Positions 52,285-61,741 of a stretch of 64,000 bases of DNA are shown piece after piece. The stretch spans positions 234 to 64,233 of the forward strand of contig JANNWO010000074.1 in NCBI GenBank assembly GCA_031408395.1. Direction: 5' to 3'. The notes beneath the pieces were generated by a model that saw only the letters and a list, made by a program, of their open reading frames with translations, was not told where the DNA came from and did no database searches. Both the position numbers and the translations under genes were made by a program. The stretch is from Sphingomonadales bacterium (GTDB taxonomy: Bacteria; Pseudomonadota; Alphaproteobacteria; Sphingomonadales; Sphingomonadaceae). Within the stretch, counting starts at the first letter, position 1. Each line of letters opens with the position of its first letter.

Positions 52285-53466
52285 GTGGGTAACGCATCTG
52301 CCGAATTCGACATCATCATCTACGGCGCCACCGGCTACACCGGACGGCTGGTGGCTGAGTATCTCGCCCATCACTACGCCGGCCGCGCGGACGGTCCGAA
52401 GTGGGCGATGGCGGGCCGCAGCCTCGCCAAGCTTGAGGAGGTGCGCGACCTGATCGCCGCGCCCGCCTCCACGCCGCTGGTGGTCGCCGATGCCGATGAT
52501 GCCGCCGATCTCGAAGCGATGTGCGCGCGCACCCGCGTGGTGCTGACTACGGTCGGCCCGTACCAGCTCTACGGCGATGGCCTCGTCGCGGCCTGCGTGA
52601 AGACTGGCACCGACTATGCCGATCTGTGCGGCGAGCCTGCGTGGATGGCCGAAAAGATCGCCGAGCATCAGGCCGCCGCCGAGGCTAGCGGCGCGCGTAT
52701 CTGCTTCTCGTCGGGCTTCGATTCGATCCCCTTCGATCTGGGCGTGATGATGACCCAGAAGGCTTGCGTGGAGAAGTTCGGCAAGCCCGCTCCGCGCATC
52801 CGTGGCCGCGTGCGCGCGATGCAGGGCACTTTCTCGGGCGGCACCGCGGCGAGCCTTGGGGCGACGATGAAGGCGGCGGCGAAGAGCGTGTCGATCATCA
52901 ACGTGCTGCGCAATCCTTTCGCGCTTACCCCCGGCTTTGACGGGCCGGACCAGCCTTCGGGCATGATCCCGGGTTACGAAGAAGATCTCGGCAAGTGGTC
53001 CGCGCCGTTCGTGATGGCGCCGATCAACACCAAGAACGTTCACCGCACCAACTTCCTGCTCGGCCACCCTTACGGCGCCGACTTCCAGTATGACGAGATG
53101 ATGCTGACCAGCCCCGGCGAGGCCGGCAAGGCGGCGGCCAATGCGGCGCTCGAGTTCATGAAGAACCCGTTCGGCGCCAAGCCCCCCAAGCCCGGCGAAG
53201 GCCCGACCAAGGAAGAGCGCGAGAACGGCTTTTACGACGTCGTATTCGTTGCCGACATGGCCGACGGCCAGCGCCTGCAGTTCGGCGTCAAGGGGCGCTT
53301 CGATCCGGGCTACGGATCGACTTGCCGGATGCTCTCCGAAACGGGGATCGCGCTGCTCGCCTGCACCAAGCCGGGCGGGATCGGCACGCCGGGGAGCTTC
53401 CTCGGCGAGGATCTGGTGAAGCGGCTGGAAGAGCACGCCGAGCTTACCTTCGCCGTTGAGGCCTGA
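52285..53466 (+). CDS. Saccharopine dehydrogenase-like / trans-acting enoyl reductase family protein
   Basis: FDIIIYGATGYTGRLVAEYL Rossmann N-terminus. 393 aa. Confidence 0.75.
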   Translation: MGNASAEFDIIIYGATGYTGRLVAEYLAHHYAGRADGPKWAMAGRSLAKLEEVRDLIAAPASTPLVVADADDAADLEAMCARTRVVLTTVGPYQLYGDGLVAACVKTGTDYADLCGEPAWMAEKIAEHQAAAEASGARICFSSGFDSIPFDLGVMMTQKACVEKFGKPAPRIRGRVRAMQGTFSGGTAASLGATMKAAAKSVSIINVLRNPFALTPGFDGPDQPSGMIPGYEEDLGKWSAPFVMAPINTKNVHRTNFLLGHPYGADFQYDEMMLTSPGEAGKAAANAALEFMKNPFGAKPPKPGEGPTKEERENGFYDVVFVADMADGQRLQFGVKGRFDPGYGSTCRMLSETGIALLACTKPGGIGTPGSFLGEDLVKRLEEHAELTFAVEA

Positions 53467-53552
53467 CACGCAAAGGGGCGGCCGGAACACCTGAGATATC
53501 AGGCGGCGGCTGCCCCGATTGCGACCCTCGCTGCACGCGGGCCTGAGCGGGA

Positions 53553-55703
53553 TTAGAAGCTCAGGCGCACGCTAGCCCGGAAATTGCGTCCGATCAGCGG
53601 CACGAAGTCCTTTGTGAAGCTCGCATGCCGGCGGCCGTTGACGTCGAAGATGTTGTCGGCCGCGATCTGCACCGTGACATTGCGATTGTCCGCGAGCGGG
53701 CGCCACGCGACCAGCGCGTTGACCAGCGTGAAGCTGTCGGTTGCGGTCTCGAAGCTGGCGATGCGGTCCTGCTTGGCGAACCACTGCACTTCGCCGCGCA
53801 CATCGAAGGCCTCGGTCTGCGCTTCGAGCGCGCCGAGCAGGCTCAGCGGCGGAATGCGCGGCACGGCGGTGCCGTCGGCGAGCTCGGCCTCGACGTATGA
53901 TGCGTTGAGATCGGTCAGCAGCGTAAAGGCCTCGCCCTTCACCAGCGGATAGCTGATGTCCGCTTCGATGCCCCAGAAGTCGGCGTTCTGCTGGAAGTAC
54001 TGGAACACCGGCAGGTCATCTTCCTCAAGCCCCGTGTCCTCGACGAAGATGTAGTTGTCGAACCACTGGCGATAGGCCGCGAAGTTGAAGGTGCCCGCGC
54101 CGATATCGCCGCGTGCATAGGCTTCAAGACCCCAGGCGCGCTCGGTGGTGAGGTCCGGGTCGCCAATTTCGAAGGCCTGCGTCGCGATGTGCGGCCCGTC
54201 AGAGAACAGCTCCTCGGCGCTCGGCGCACGCTCGGCGCGCGAGCCGTTGATGCCCATGCGGATGCCGGGGATGCCCTCGTAGACGAAGCCGAGCGCACCC
54301 GAGAAGGTGTCGTAATCGCGCTCGATCCCGATGGTGTTCGCCTTGACCTTGGTGAACTCCCCGCGCGCGGCGGCCTCGATCTGGAACGGGCCGGTGCCGA
54401 ATTCCTGCAGCGTGAAGACCGCCACTTGGTCCGTGAGGTTGGGCGGAATGTACGCCTCGGCGCCCACGGCGAGGAAATCGCGGTGCTGGTACTGCACCCC
54501 GCTCGAACCGCGTAAGGCTCCGTCGGTGTTCTGCACCAGTTCGGCGCGCGCTTCGAGGCTGGTCGAATCGAACACAGTGCCGACCTCGTCGCCCTCGAAC
54601 TCGGTGTGGGTATAGTCCGAATAGCCGGCACGCAGCTTGAGCCGCTCGAAGGCGCCTTCTCCCAGATAGACGTCGCCCTTGAAGTCGGCGCGGAACTGCT
54701 GGAGTCCGATGCGGACGGTCTCTTCGTCGAGGCCCGGGCGCGATATCACGCCGTAGTTGGTGTCGTACCAGCCGAGCGAGGCGCCGAAGGTGCTCTCGCC
54801 GAGGATCACACCGAGCCCGCCGTTGATCGTCCAGCTTTCGGTGTCGCTGTTGGGGATGGCGCCGCGCCGGTCGGCAGCCACGCGCAACGCGGCAGCGTCG
54901 TCGGGATCGCCCGCCGCCTGCGCCGCGGCCGCTTCGCCGAGCAGTTCGGTGCGCAGCGACGGCGCAAGCTGGTAGCCGCCGATCTCGGCATCGCCCGACT
55001 TGCGGTACGAGCCGTCGACATGGGCCACGAGATTGCTGGTCAGTCCGACATCGAACGAAGCCGCGCCGCTGCGCAGGTTGGTCGCGGTGTCGACGCTGCC
55101 GAAAGCGTCAAGGTGGAAGGCCTCGTCCGGCACGCGGGTCGGGATGCGCTTGTCGATCACATTGACCGCGCCGCCGATCGCTTGGCTGCCGTAGAGCAGC
55201 ACCGCGGGGCCGCGCAGCACTTCGATCCGCTCGACCGTGATCGGCTCGATGGTGGTGGCGTGGTCGACCGAGGTGTTGGAAACGTCCGAGGTGCCGATCC
55301 CGTCGACCAGCACGCGCACGCGTTCGCCCTGCTGGCCGCGCAGCACGGGGCGCGAGGAGCCGGGAGCGAAGCTGGTCGCCGAGACGCCCGGAAGCTTGGT
55401 GAGCAGGTCGCCGATCTGGCCGGTGACCGCGTTGCGCTGGATATCCTTGATGTCCACCACGCTGGTGCCGGCGAGCAGGTCGAGCTCCTTGAGGCCGTTG
55501 GCGCTGACGATAATGTTGTCGAGCGGGCGTTCGTCGTTGTTGTGAAGATCGTCCTCGACCCGCGGCTGGGCGGTGCTGCTGCCGGCGGCAGGCTGCTGCT
55601 GCTGCTGTTCCTCGGCGTGGGCAGGCACAGCGATGCAGGCGGCGCCAAGCACGGCGGCGAGGGCAAGGCGCGAGGATACGAGGCGGATCGCGGTGTCGAT
55701 CAT
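53553..55703 (-). CDS. TonB-dependent outer-membrane receptor
   Basis: Signal peptide ending in AHA. Plug-domain motifs (IIVSANG, GSSRPVLRGQ). C-terminal beta-barrel ending in SVRLSF. Confidence 0.9.
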   Translation of the reverse strand: MIDTAIRLVSSRLALAAVLGAACIAVPAHAEEQQQQQPAAGSSTAQPRVEDDLHNNDERPLDNIIVSANGLKELDLLAGTSVVDIKDIQRNAVTGQIGDLLTKLPGVSATSFAPGSSRPVLRGQQGERVRVLVDGIGTSDVSNTSVDHATTIEPITVERIEVLRGPAVLLYGSQAIGGAVNVIDKRIPTRVPDEAFHLDAFGSVDTATNLRSGAASFDVGLTSNLVAHVDGSYRKSGDAEIGGYQLAPSLRTELLGEAAAAQAAGDPDDAAALRVAADRRGAIPNSDTESWTINGGLGVILGESTFGASLGWYDTNYGVISRPGLDEETVRIGLQQFRADFKGDVYLGEGAFERLKLRAGYSDYTHTEFEGDEVGTVFDSTSLEARAELVQNTDGALRGSSGVQYQHRDFLAVGAEAYIPPNLTDQVAVFTLQEFGTGPFQIEAAARGEFTKVKANTIGIERDYDTFSGALGFVYEGIPGIRMGINGSRAERAPSAEELFSDGPHIATQAFEIGDPDLTTERAWGLEAYARGDIGAGTFNFAAYRQWFDNYIFVEDTGLEEDDLPVFQYFQQNADFWGIEADISYPLVKGEAFTLLTDLNASYVEAELADGTAVPRIPPLSLLGALEAQTEAFDVRGEVQWFAKQDRIASFETATDSFTLVNALVAWRPLADNRNVTVQIAADNIFDVNGRRHASFTKDFVPLIGRNFRASVRLSF

Positions 55704-55888
55704 AGGGAAGTTCCATTGCCTTTATGTAATAACGTATCACGCGCCTAGCGTCACAAATTCCGAATGCAAGCCGAAATCGGGCAGATGACCGATGCAATGC
55801 GACGAATTGCGACAGGACCAAGACGCGCGCGCAGCTGCACATGTTGCTTCCGCAACAAACAGGACTCACCATCTATGGTGGTGGACAA

Positions 55889-55963
55889 TGGAGCGGGCGA
55901 AGGGATTCGAACCCTCGACCCCAACCTTGGCAAGGTTGTGCTCTACCCCTGAGCTACGCCCGC
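55889..55963 (-). tRNA. tRNA-Gly (anticodon GCC), CCA encoded
   Basis: Minus strand reads GCGGGCG TA GCTC AGGGGTA GAGC A CAACC TTGCCAA GGTTG GGGTC GAGGG TTCGAAT CCCTT CGCCCGC T CCA. It folds as a cloverleaf. Confidence 0.92.
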
Positions 55964-56187
55964 TCATTGACGCGTGCAGAGACCGGCAAAAGCGCGGTAT
56001 CTGTCGGAGAGGCGGGGCGACTAGCAGCGCCTCTCCAAGCCTGCAAGCGCAAAATTACGCCGATTGGGGCTTGATCGCAAGGGGCCGAGCCGCCAGCACA
56101 AACCAGCGCTTCACATTGCCGCAGGTCGCCCCACATTGGGGTCAGACCAGCGCGAGGCGCGCGTGAGGCACAGTAGGAGCAGATATC

Positions 56188-57144
56188 TTGGCCAGCATGG
56201 GACTGAGCATCGACGAACAACAAGCCGTGGACCGGTTTCGCACCGCGGTGGTGGAGCCTTCGCAGGGCAAGCTCGTCATCCTCGACTTCTGGGCTGAGTG
56301 GTGCGGGCCGTGCAAGGCGCTCACCCCGCTGCTGGAAAAGGTCGCGGCGGAATATGCCGACAAGGGCGTGGTGCTGGCCAAGCTCAATGTCGACGAGGAA
56401 CAGTTCATCGCCGCGCAGTTCCAGGTGCGCTCGATCCCCACGGTCTACGCCATGTTCCAGGGCCAGCCGGTCGCAGATCTGACCAGTGCGCGCACCGAAT
56501 CGCAGCTGAAGGCGGCGCTCGACCAGCTGCTCGCCCAGCTTCCCATCGAGGGCGGGGCTGGGGACGGGGTGACGGGCGCCGAGCCGGGTGCGCCGCAGGG
56601 CCCCACGCCCGAGGAAATCGCGCAATTCGCGAAGTTGGGTGAGGAGGCGCTTGCCGCCGCCGATCCGCAGCGCGCCGCCAGCATTTTCGCCCAGATCACC
56701 GAATTCGCGCCCGAGAACGCGTTGGCCCACGCGGGCCTTGTGCGTGCGCTGGTGCAGATGGGCGAGGTCGAGCAGGCGAGCGAAGTGATGGCGGTGATCG
56801 ACGCCGACCCCCGCCTTGCGACCGCCGCTGCTATCGCACCTGCCCGAAGCGCGCTTGAACTCGCCGCCACCCGCGTCGATGACAGCGAGCTCGCCGCGCT
56901 ACACGCCGCCGCCGAGGCCGCGCCAGACAATATGGACGCGCAGTTCGCCTACGCCGAGGCCGCCTTCGCGGCCGGCCAGCGCGACGCCGCAGCCGACACG
57001 CTCCTCACCATGATCGCCGCCGACCGTGAATGGAACGAGGGCGCCGCAAGGGCGAAGCTGCTCAAGATCTTCGAGGCTACGGGTCTTGAGGACGAATGGG
57101 TGGTCGGCGTCCGCCGTCGCCTATCGCGCGTATTGTTTGGATGA
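56188..57144 (+). CDS. Thioredoxin-domain plus TPR co-chaperone (YbbN/CnoX-like)
   Basis: LDFWAEWCGPCK thioredoxin motif followed by an Ala-rich TPR-like region. TTG at 56188 lies 9 nt after AGGAG (alternative ATG at 56197). Confidence 0.8.
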   Translation: MASMGLSIDEQQAVDRFRTAVVEPSQGKLVILDFWAEWCGPCKALTPLLEKVAAEYADKGVVLAKLNVDEEQFIAAQFQVRSIPTVYAMFQGQPVADLTSARTESQLKAALDQLLAQLPIEGGAGDGVTGAEPGAPQGPTPEEIAQFAKLGEEALAAADPQRAASIFAQITEFAPENALAHAGLVRALVQMGEVEQASEVMAVIDADPRLATAAAIAPARSALELAATRVDDSELAALHAAAEAAPDNMDAQFAYAEAAFAAGQRDAAADTLLTMIAADREWNEGAARAKLLKIFEATGLEDEWVVGVRRRLSRVLFG

Positions 57145-57767
57145 CCGCAAACACCATGACCCGCCGCCTTTCGATCTTCCCGCTGAACGGAGCAGTGCTC
57201 TTCCCCGGCATGCAGCTGCCGCTCCACATCTTCGAGCCGCGTTACCGCGCGCTGGTGGGCGATGCGCTGATCCGCGACCGCCAGATCGCGATGATCCAGC
57301 CGCAGCGATCCACTGACGGCGCGCAGCTTTTCACCGTCGGCTGCATCGGGAAGATCGGCGAGGTGCAGGCGATGGAGGACGGGCGCTACAACCTCGTTCT
57401 CGAAGGCACTACGCGCTTTAGGCTGGTGCGCGAACTCGATGTCAACACCGCCTTCCGCCAGATCGAGGCGGAGATATACGCCGAGGACGCGGACGAGACC
57501 CTCTCCCACGCTCAGCGCGGCGGGTTTGAACGCGAGGCGCGCGTCTTTGCCGATACGCTCGGCTACAGTGTCGACTGGGACTCGGTGTCGCGGCTCGACG
57601 ACCGTTCGCTGATCAACGGCGTCTCGCAGATCGCGCCTTTCGATCCGGCGTCCAAACAGGCGCTGCTCGAGGCCGATACGCTGACCGACCGCTGCGAATT
57701 GCTGGTCCAGCTGATGCAGTTCTACGGTCGCCACGACGGCGGCGAGGAAATCGTCACGCTCCAATAG
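57141..57767 (+). CDS. LON N-terminal substrate-binding domain protein
   Basis: ATG at 57141 forms an ATGA overlap. LSIFPLNGAVLFPGMQLPLHIFEPRY is the canonical Lon N-domain start. Confidence 0.8.
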   Translation: MTANTMTRRLSIFPLNGAVLFPGMQLPLHIFEPRYRALVGDALIRDRQIAMIQPQRSTDGAQLFTVGCIGKIGEVQAMEDGRYNLVLEGTTRFRLVRELDVNTAFRQIEAEIYAEDADETLSHAQRGGFEREARVFADTLGYSVDWDSVSRLDDRSLINGVSQIAPFDPASKQALLEADTLTDRCELLVQLMQFYGRHDGGEEIVTLQ

Positions 57768-57770
57768 GCG

Positions 57771-60026
57771 TCACGCCTCGCAGGGGACCGAGCGATCGCC
57801 GATGGCCTTGCGCAGCGCTTCGGCCAGTTCGCGCGGATCAACCGGCTTGGTGATCACCGGCGCGAGCAGGTCTTGCTCGATCTGCAGCGCTGGCTCGGCA
57901 TAGCCGGTGCAATAAACGAACGGCACCCCGCGCGAGCGCAGCGCCTTTGCCACCGGAGCGGTGCTCGATCCGGCGAGGTTCACGTCGAGGATGGCGAGGT
58001 CGGGCGTCACCTCCTCCAACCGGTCGAGCGCTGCGGGGGCTGAACTGGCGGCCCCGACGATCGTGCAGCCGAGTTCCCGCAGCGTATCCATCAGCGTCAG
58101 CGCGATCAGCGCCTCGTCCTCAAGCACCAGGACCCGCTTGCCGGCAAGGTCGTTGGCGGGCGCGGCAGCGGGAGCGAGCGGTGTGTCTCCCGGCTGGGGA
58201 GCGGCTGAGACCATGCTCCGGGCGAGCGGGAAGGCGATCCGGCAGGTCACACCGGTGGGCGCCCAGACAAGATCGAACTCGCCGCCGAGCTGGTGCTCTA
58301 TCGCTCCGCGGATCGCGGTCGAGCCGAACCCGGGCTCGGTGGGCGGGGCGACTTCGGGACCGCCAGTTTCGGTCCAATAGAGTTCGAGAATATTGTCGGC
58401 CCCGCGCTCGGTAAGTTCCCAAGCGACGGTGAGCCGTCCTTCCTCGACCGACAGAGCCCCATACGTGCCTGCGTTGATGGCAAGCTCGTGCACCGCCATC
58501 GCGAGCGCCTGCGCCGCGTTCGGCTGAAGCATCAGCGACGGTCCTGCAATGCAGACCCGCTCCGTCCCGGCGCGGCCGAAGGGTTCGAGCTCCGCATGGA
58601 CAAGGGCGGCGATGTTCACGCCCTGCCAGCGGTTGGCGGCAAGCAGCGTGTGCGCGCGGGCCAGCGCCTCGATCCGGCCGCTCACGGCGGCCTTGAACGC
58701 CGCGATGTCGCCCACCTTGGTGAGCCGCACCAGCGACAGCACCACGCCCAGCAGGTTCTTCGCGCGGTGATCGACCTCGTCGGCGAGGAAGCGCAGGCGC
58801 TCTTCCGCCTTGCGCCTGTCGGTGACGTCGAGCGAAATGCCCATAATCCCCCGGGGCTGCCCGGCCGCGTCCCGGAACGGCGCCTTGACCCCGAGCCAGT
58901 ACGACATCTCTCCGTTCGGAAGCACGAGGGCTTCTTCCAGCTGACGCGCCGTGCCGCCTTCGATAACGGCCTTGTCATTGGCCATGATGGTGCGCGCCTG
59001 CTCCTTGTCGATGAGCAATTCCAGGTCGTGCCTACCGAGGAACGAGTTCGGGGTATGGCCGATCGCCTCTGCGAAGATAGGATTGCCCATCAGGTAGCGT
59101 CCGTCGAGATCCTTGGCGAAGGCGGCGCCCGGAAGGCTTTCGAAGAAAGTCTGCAACAGCGCGTTGGCATGATCGCGCTCGCTCTCGGCCGTGCGGATCG
59201 GCGTTGCGTCGAAATTGATGCCCAGCAGCCGCGCGGGCTTGCCCCTTGCATCGCGGAACAGCTCGGCCCGGCCCGCCAGCCAGACGGTCTCGCCATCGTC
59301 GCGGTTGAAGCGGAACTCGATGTCGAGCCGTTCGAGGCCTTGCTGCGCGCGCTCGAAGGCGAGCGTCGCCCGGCCGCGGTCCAGGTCGTCGATGCGCCCG
59401 ATGAAGGCCGCGGCCGAAGGTGAATGGTCGGGACCGATGCCTGCCACTTCGTAAAACGAGGGCGACCACCACATCGTCCCGGTCTTGAGATCGAGGTCCC
59501 AGATGCCGATCCTGCCGACCTCCTGCGACAGGCTCAGCCGCGCCTCGCTTTCGCGCAAGCTACCGAGCGCCGTGCGCAGCCGGTCCGCGACGAAGATGTT
59601 CACAAGGTTGCTAGTGATGAACAGGGTGATGCTGATCACCTCCGGCCCTGACATCGTCATCATGCCCTGCGGTTCGAGCCAGAGATAGATCGCCGCGACG
59701 CTGGCGATGGACAGAGACAGGAAGCCGGGCCCGAGACCACCGAACAAGGTGCAGACGAGCACCACGGGGAAGAACAGGGCAAAAGGAGAGATGCCTTCGC
59801 CAAAAATCTCTAGCGAATTACGCATTCCGGCCACCCCTGCGGTCAGGGCGATGGCCGCCGAATAGGTGATCCATGCGGAACGATTGCGCAGAAACCCGAT
59901 CGGTTCGGTGATGCCGCGGTAGGCCGACCGGTTTTGCGTGGCCGAACCCTCGGCGGACGGATCGCTCACGTCAGGTTTCGGAGGCGTAGCATTGAAAGCG
60001 GGGGACGTTGAATCATCTCTCAACAC
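57771..60026 (-). CDS. Hybrid sensor histidine kinase: membrane N-terminus, two PAS-like regions, HWE/HisKA_2 kinase and a C-terminal receiver
   Basis: H-box EVDHRAKNLLGVV. Kinase core ending in WTETGGP. Receiver KRVLVLEDEALIA...LDVNL. Several N-terminal TM helices. Confidence 0.85.
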   Translation of the reverse strand: MLRDDSTSPAFNATPPKPDVSDPSAEGSATQNRSAYRGITEPIGFLRNRSAWITYSAAIALTAGVAGMRNSLEIFGEGISPFALFFPVVLVCTLFGGLGPGFLSLSIASVAAIYLWLEPQGMMTMSGPEVISITLFITSNLVNIFVADRLRTALGSLRESEARLSLSQEVGRIGIWDLDLKTGTMWWSPSFYEVAGIGPDHSPSAAAFIGRIDDLDRGRATLAFERAQQGLERLDIEFRFNRDDGETVWLAGRAELFRDARGKPARLLGINFDATPIRTAESERDHANALLQTFFESLPGAAFAKDLDGRYLMGNPIFAEAIGHTPNSFLGRHDLELLIDKEQARTIMANDKAVIEGGTARQLEEALVLPNGEMSYWLGVKAPFRDAAGQPRGIMGISLDVTDRRKAEERLRFLADEVDHRAKNLLGVVLSLVRLTKVGDIAAFKAAVSGRIEALARAHTLLAANRWQGVNIAALVHAELEPFGRAGTERVCIAGPSLMLQPNAAQALAMAVHELAINAGTYGALSVEEGRLTVAWELTERGADNILELYWTETGGPEVAPPTEPGFGSTAIRGAIEHQLGGEFDLVWAPTGVTCRIAFPLARSMVSAAPQPGDTPLAPAAAPANDLAGKRVLVLEDEALIALTLMDTLRELGCTIVGAASSAPAALDRLEEVTPDLAILDVNLAGSSTAPVAKALRSRGVPFVYCTGYAEPALQIEQDLLAPVITKPVDPRELAEALRKAIGDRSVPCEA

Positions 60027-60426
60027 TATTCCTCACCCGGCGCAAATCACCACAAATCCGGGGCCGTTTCGAGCATGTTCCTGGGCCATGTCTTGCCCCT
60101 ACTCTCATTTGTTAAATCGCCGCGAGACTCTCTAATCTATGTTGCGATCGGCCCTCACGATGCAATTGAAGTGTCATTTATGAAAATATAGGGCCTTAGG
60201 CTGGTTTCGTTTTGCGGTTTACGGCACCTTGCGAATTGTGAATGGGGTGAGGCAAGGGTGAAGGGGAATTGAGCCAGACGACCGTGAAAATCCGCCGGAC
60301 CAGCCCGCTTTCACGACTGAGACGTGGCTCATTCGGAACGACGACAAGAAACACGTGTGATGCGCGCAAGTTTGGGGACGTGCAGCCCGGAACATCACCA
60401 CGATCGGCAATGGCCGGAACCAAGGA

Positions 60427-61578
60427 GTGACAACCATGGAAGAACACGTGGTGGCTTACGGGGAATACATGCCGCACGGCATGTGCCTGCTGTGGAAGCC
60501 CTGGCTGGTGCTGCTGTGGGCCGGGTCCGACTTGCTGATCTTCCTGTCCTATACCGCGATCCCTGTCGCGATTCTGATGATCCTGCGCAAGCGCACCGAG
60601 GTGCCCCAAGCCCCGCTGGTCGGCTTGTTCGGCGCATTCATCCTGCTGTGCGGCATCACGCACCTGTTCATGATCGTGACCCTGTGGGTGCCGATCTACC
60701 CCTTGGTGGCATGGGTGAAGCTCGCCACCGGGCTGGTGTCGACGGCAACCGCGGTCATGCTGTTCCGGCTGATCCCCGACATCATCCGCCTGCCCTCTCC
60801 GGCCGCGCTCGAGCTTGCGAATCGCGAGCTGCAGGGTGAGATCACCGCCCACCAGACAACGCTCGCCTCGCTCGATCGGCAGGTGCGCGAGCGAACCGCC
60901 GAGCTCGAGGTCGCGACGACGGCGCTCGCAGTGCAGGCACGCGAGGCGGTGCACCGCAGCAGCAATCTCCTGACCGTGGTGCACACTCTCGCCGTGCAAT
61001 CGGCCAAGGGGACCGAGAACACCGCCGCGTTTCTCCCGCCCTTCCTCGGGCGTTTGCGAGCGCTGGCCGACGCGACGCGGGTGATCGCCACTGGCGATCA
61101 GGTCGCAGCCCCGCTCGAGAAGCTGGTCGAGGCGGGCATGGCTGTGCTTCAGGCGACCTATGGACCGCGCATCAGCGCGTCGGGCCCATCGCTGCTCGTC
61201 AATCCGGTCGCTGCCCAGTATATCAGTCTTGCGCTGCACGAGCTCGCCACCAACACGCTCAAATACGGGTTGGGCGCATCCGACGAGGTGCGGCTGAACG
61301 TGACGTGGGTGGTGAGCGACGAGACTTTCGCCTTCGTCTGGCACGAAACGCACGTGCCCATGGGCGAGGCTGCGGCCGCGGCCCCCGAAGGCTTCGGCAC
61401 GATGCTGCTCACCACCATCGTGCCGGCCACGTTGAGAGGAACGGCCGAACGCAGCTTCGAGGGCGGAGAGCTGCTCTACCGCCTCACGGTGCCGCTCTCA
61501 GCGATCACCCACCGCGACGCAGCTGGCGGCGACCCGTTGCTTGCCGAGCGGATCATCGAGACCAATTTCAGCGGCTGA
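60427..61578 (+). CDS. Membrane-bound HWE/HisKA_2 sensor histidine kinase
   Basis: N-terminus MPHGMCLLWKPWL plus about four TM helices, a coiled coil, H-box EAVHRSSNLLTVV, and HELATNTLKYG. Confidence 0.8.
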   Translation: MTTMEEHVVAYGEYMPHGMCLLWKPWLVLLWAGSDLLIFLSYTAIPVAILMILRKRTEVPQAPLVGLFGAFILLCGITHLFMIVTLWVPIYPLVAWVKLATGLVSTATAVMLFRLIPDIIRLPSPAALELANRELQGEITAHQTTLASLDRQVRERTAELEVATTALAVQAREAVHRSSNLLTVVHTLAVQSAKGTENTAAFLPPFLGRLRALADATRVIATGDQVAAPLEKLVEAGMAVLQATYGPRISASGPSLLVNPVAAQYISLALHELATNTLKYGLGASDEVRLNVTWVVSDETFAFVWHETHVPMGEAAAAAPEGFGTMLLTTIVPATLRGTAERSFEGGELLYRLTVPLSAITHRDAAGGDPLLAERIIETNFSG

Positions 61579-61602
61579 AGGACTGTGGTACGGGGGGGAG
61601 CG

Positions 61603-61676
<74 letters not shown>

Positions 61677-61741
61677 TCAGGCTCAGTCGGCGCCAATGCC
61701 ACCGATTGCTTGGAGAGGTCAACGCCGTTTTGGCGGGGTTA

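Noticed and set aside
53475-53516. Hairpin GGGGCGGCCG...CGGCTGCCCC between the convergent saccharopine-dehydrogenase-like and receptor genes as an intrinsic terminator
   Set aside because: The 10-bp stem (one G-U pair) has a 22-nt loop and no flanking U-tract on either strand. It is too weak to list as a feature.
55704-55888. Cobalamin or TPP riboswitch upstream of the TonB-dependent receptor
   Set aside because: There is no B12-box (GCCACTG-like) or TPP CUGAGA/ACCUGAUCUGGAUAAUGCCAGCG-type core in either orientation.
60027-60426. EcfG-type general-stress promoters (GGAAC-N16-17-CGTT) for the HWE kinase genes
   Set aside because: GGAAC occurs at 60334-60338 and twice more near the 60427 start, and once on the other strand near 60080. 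None is followed by CGTT at the required spacing.
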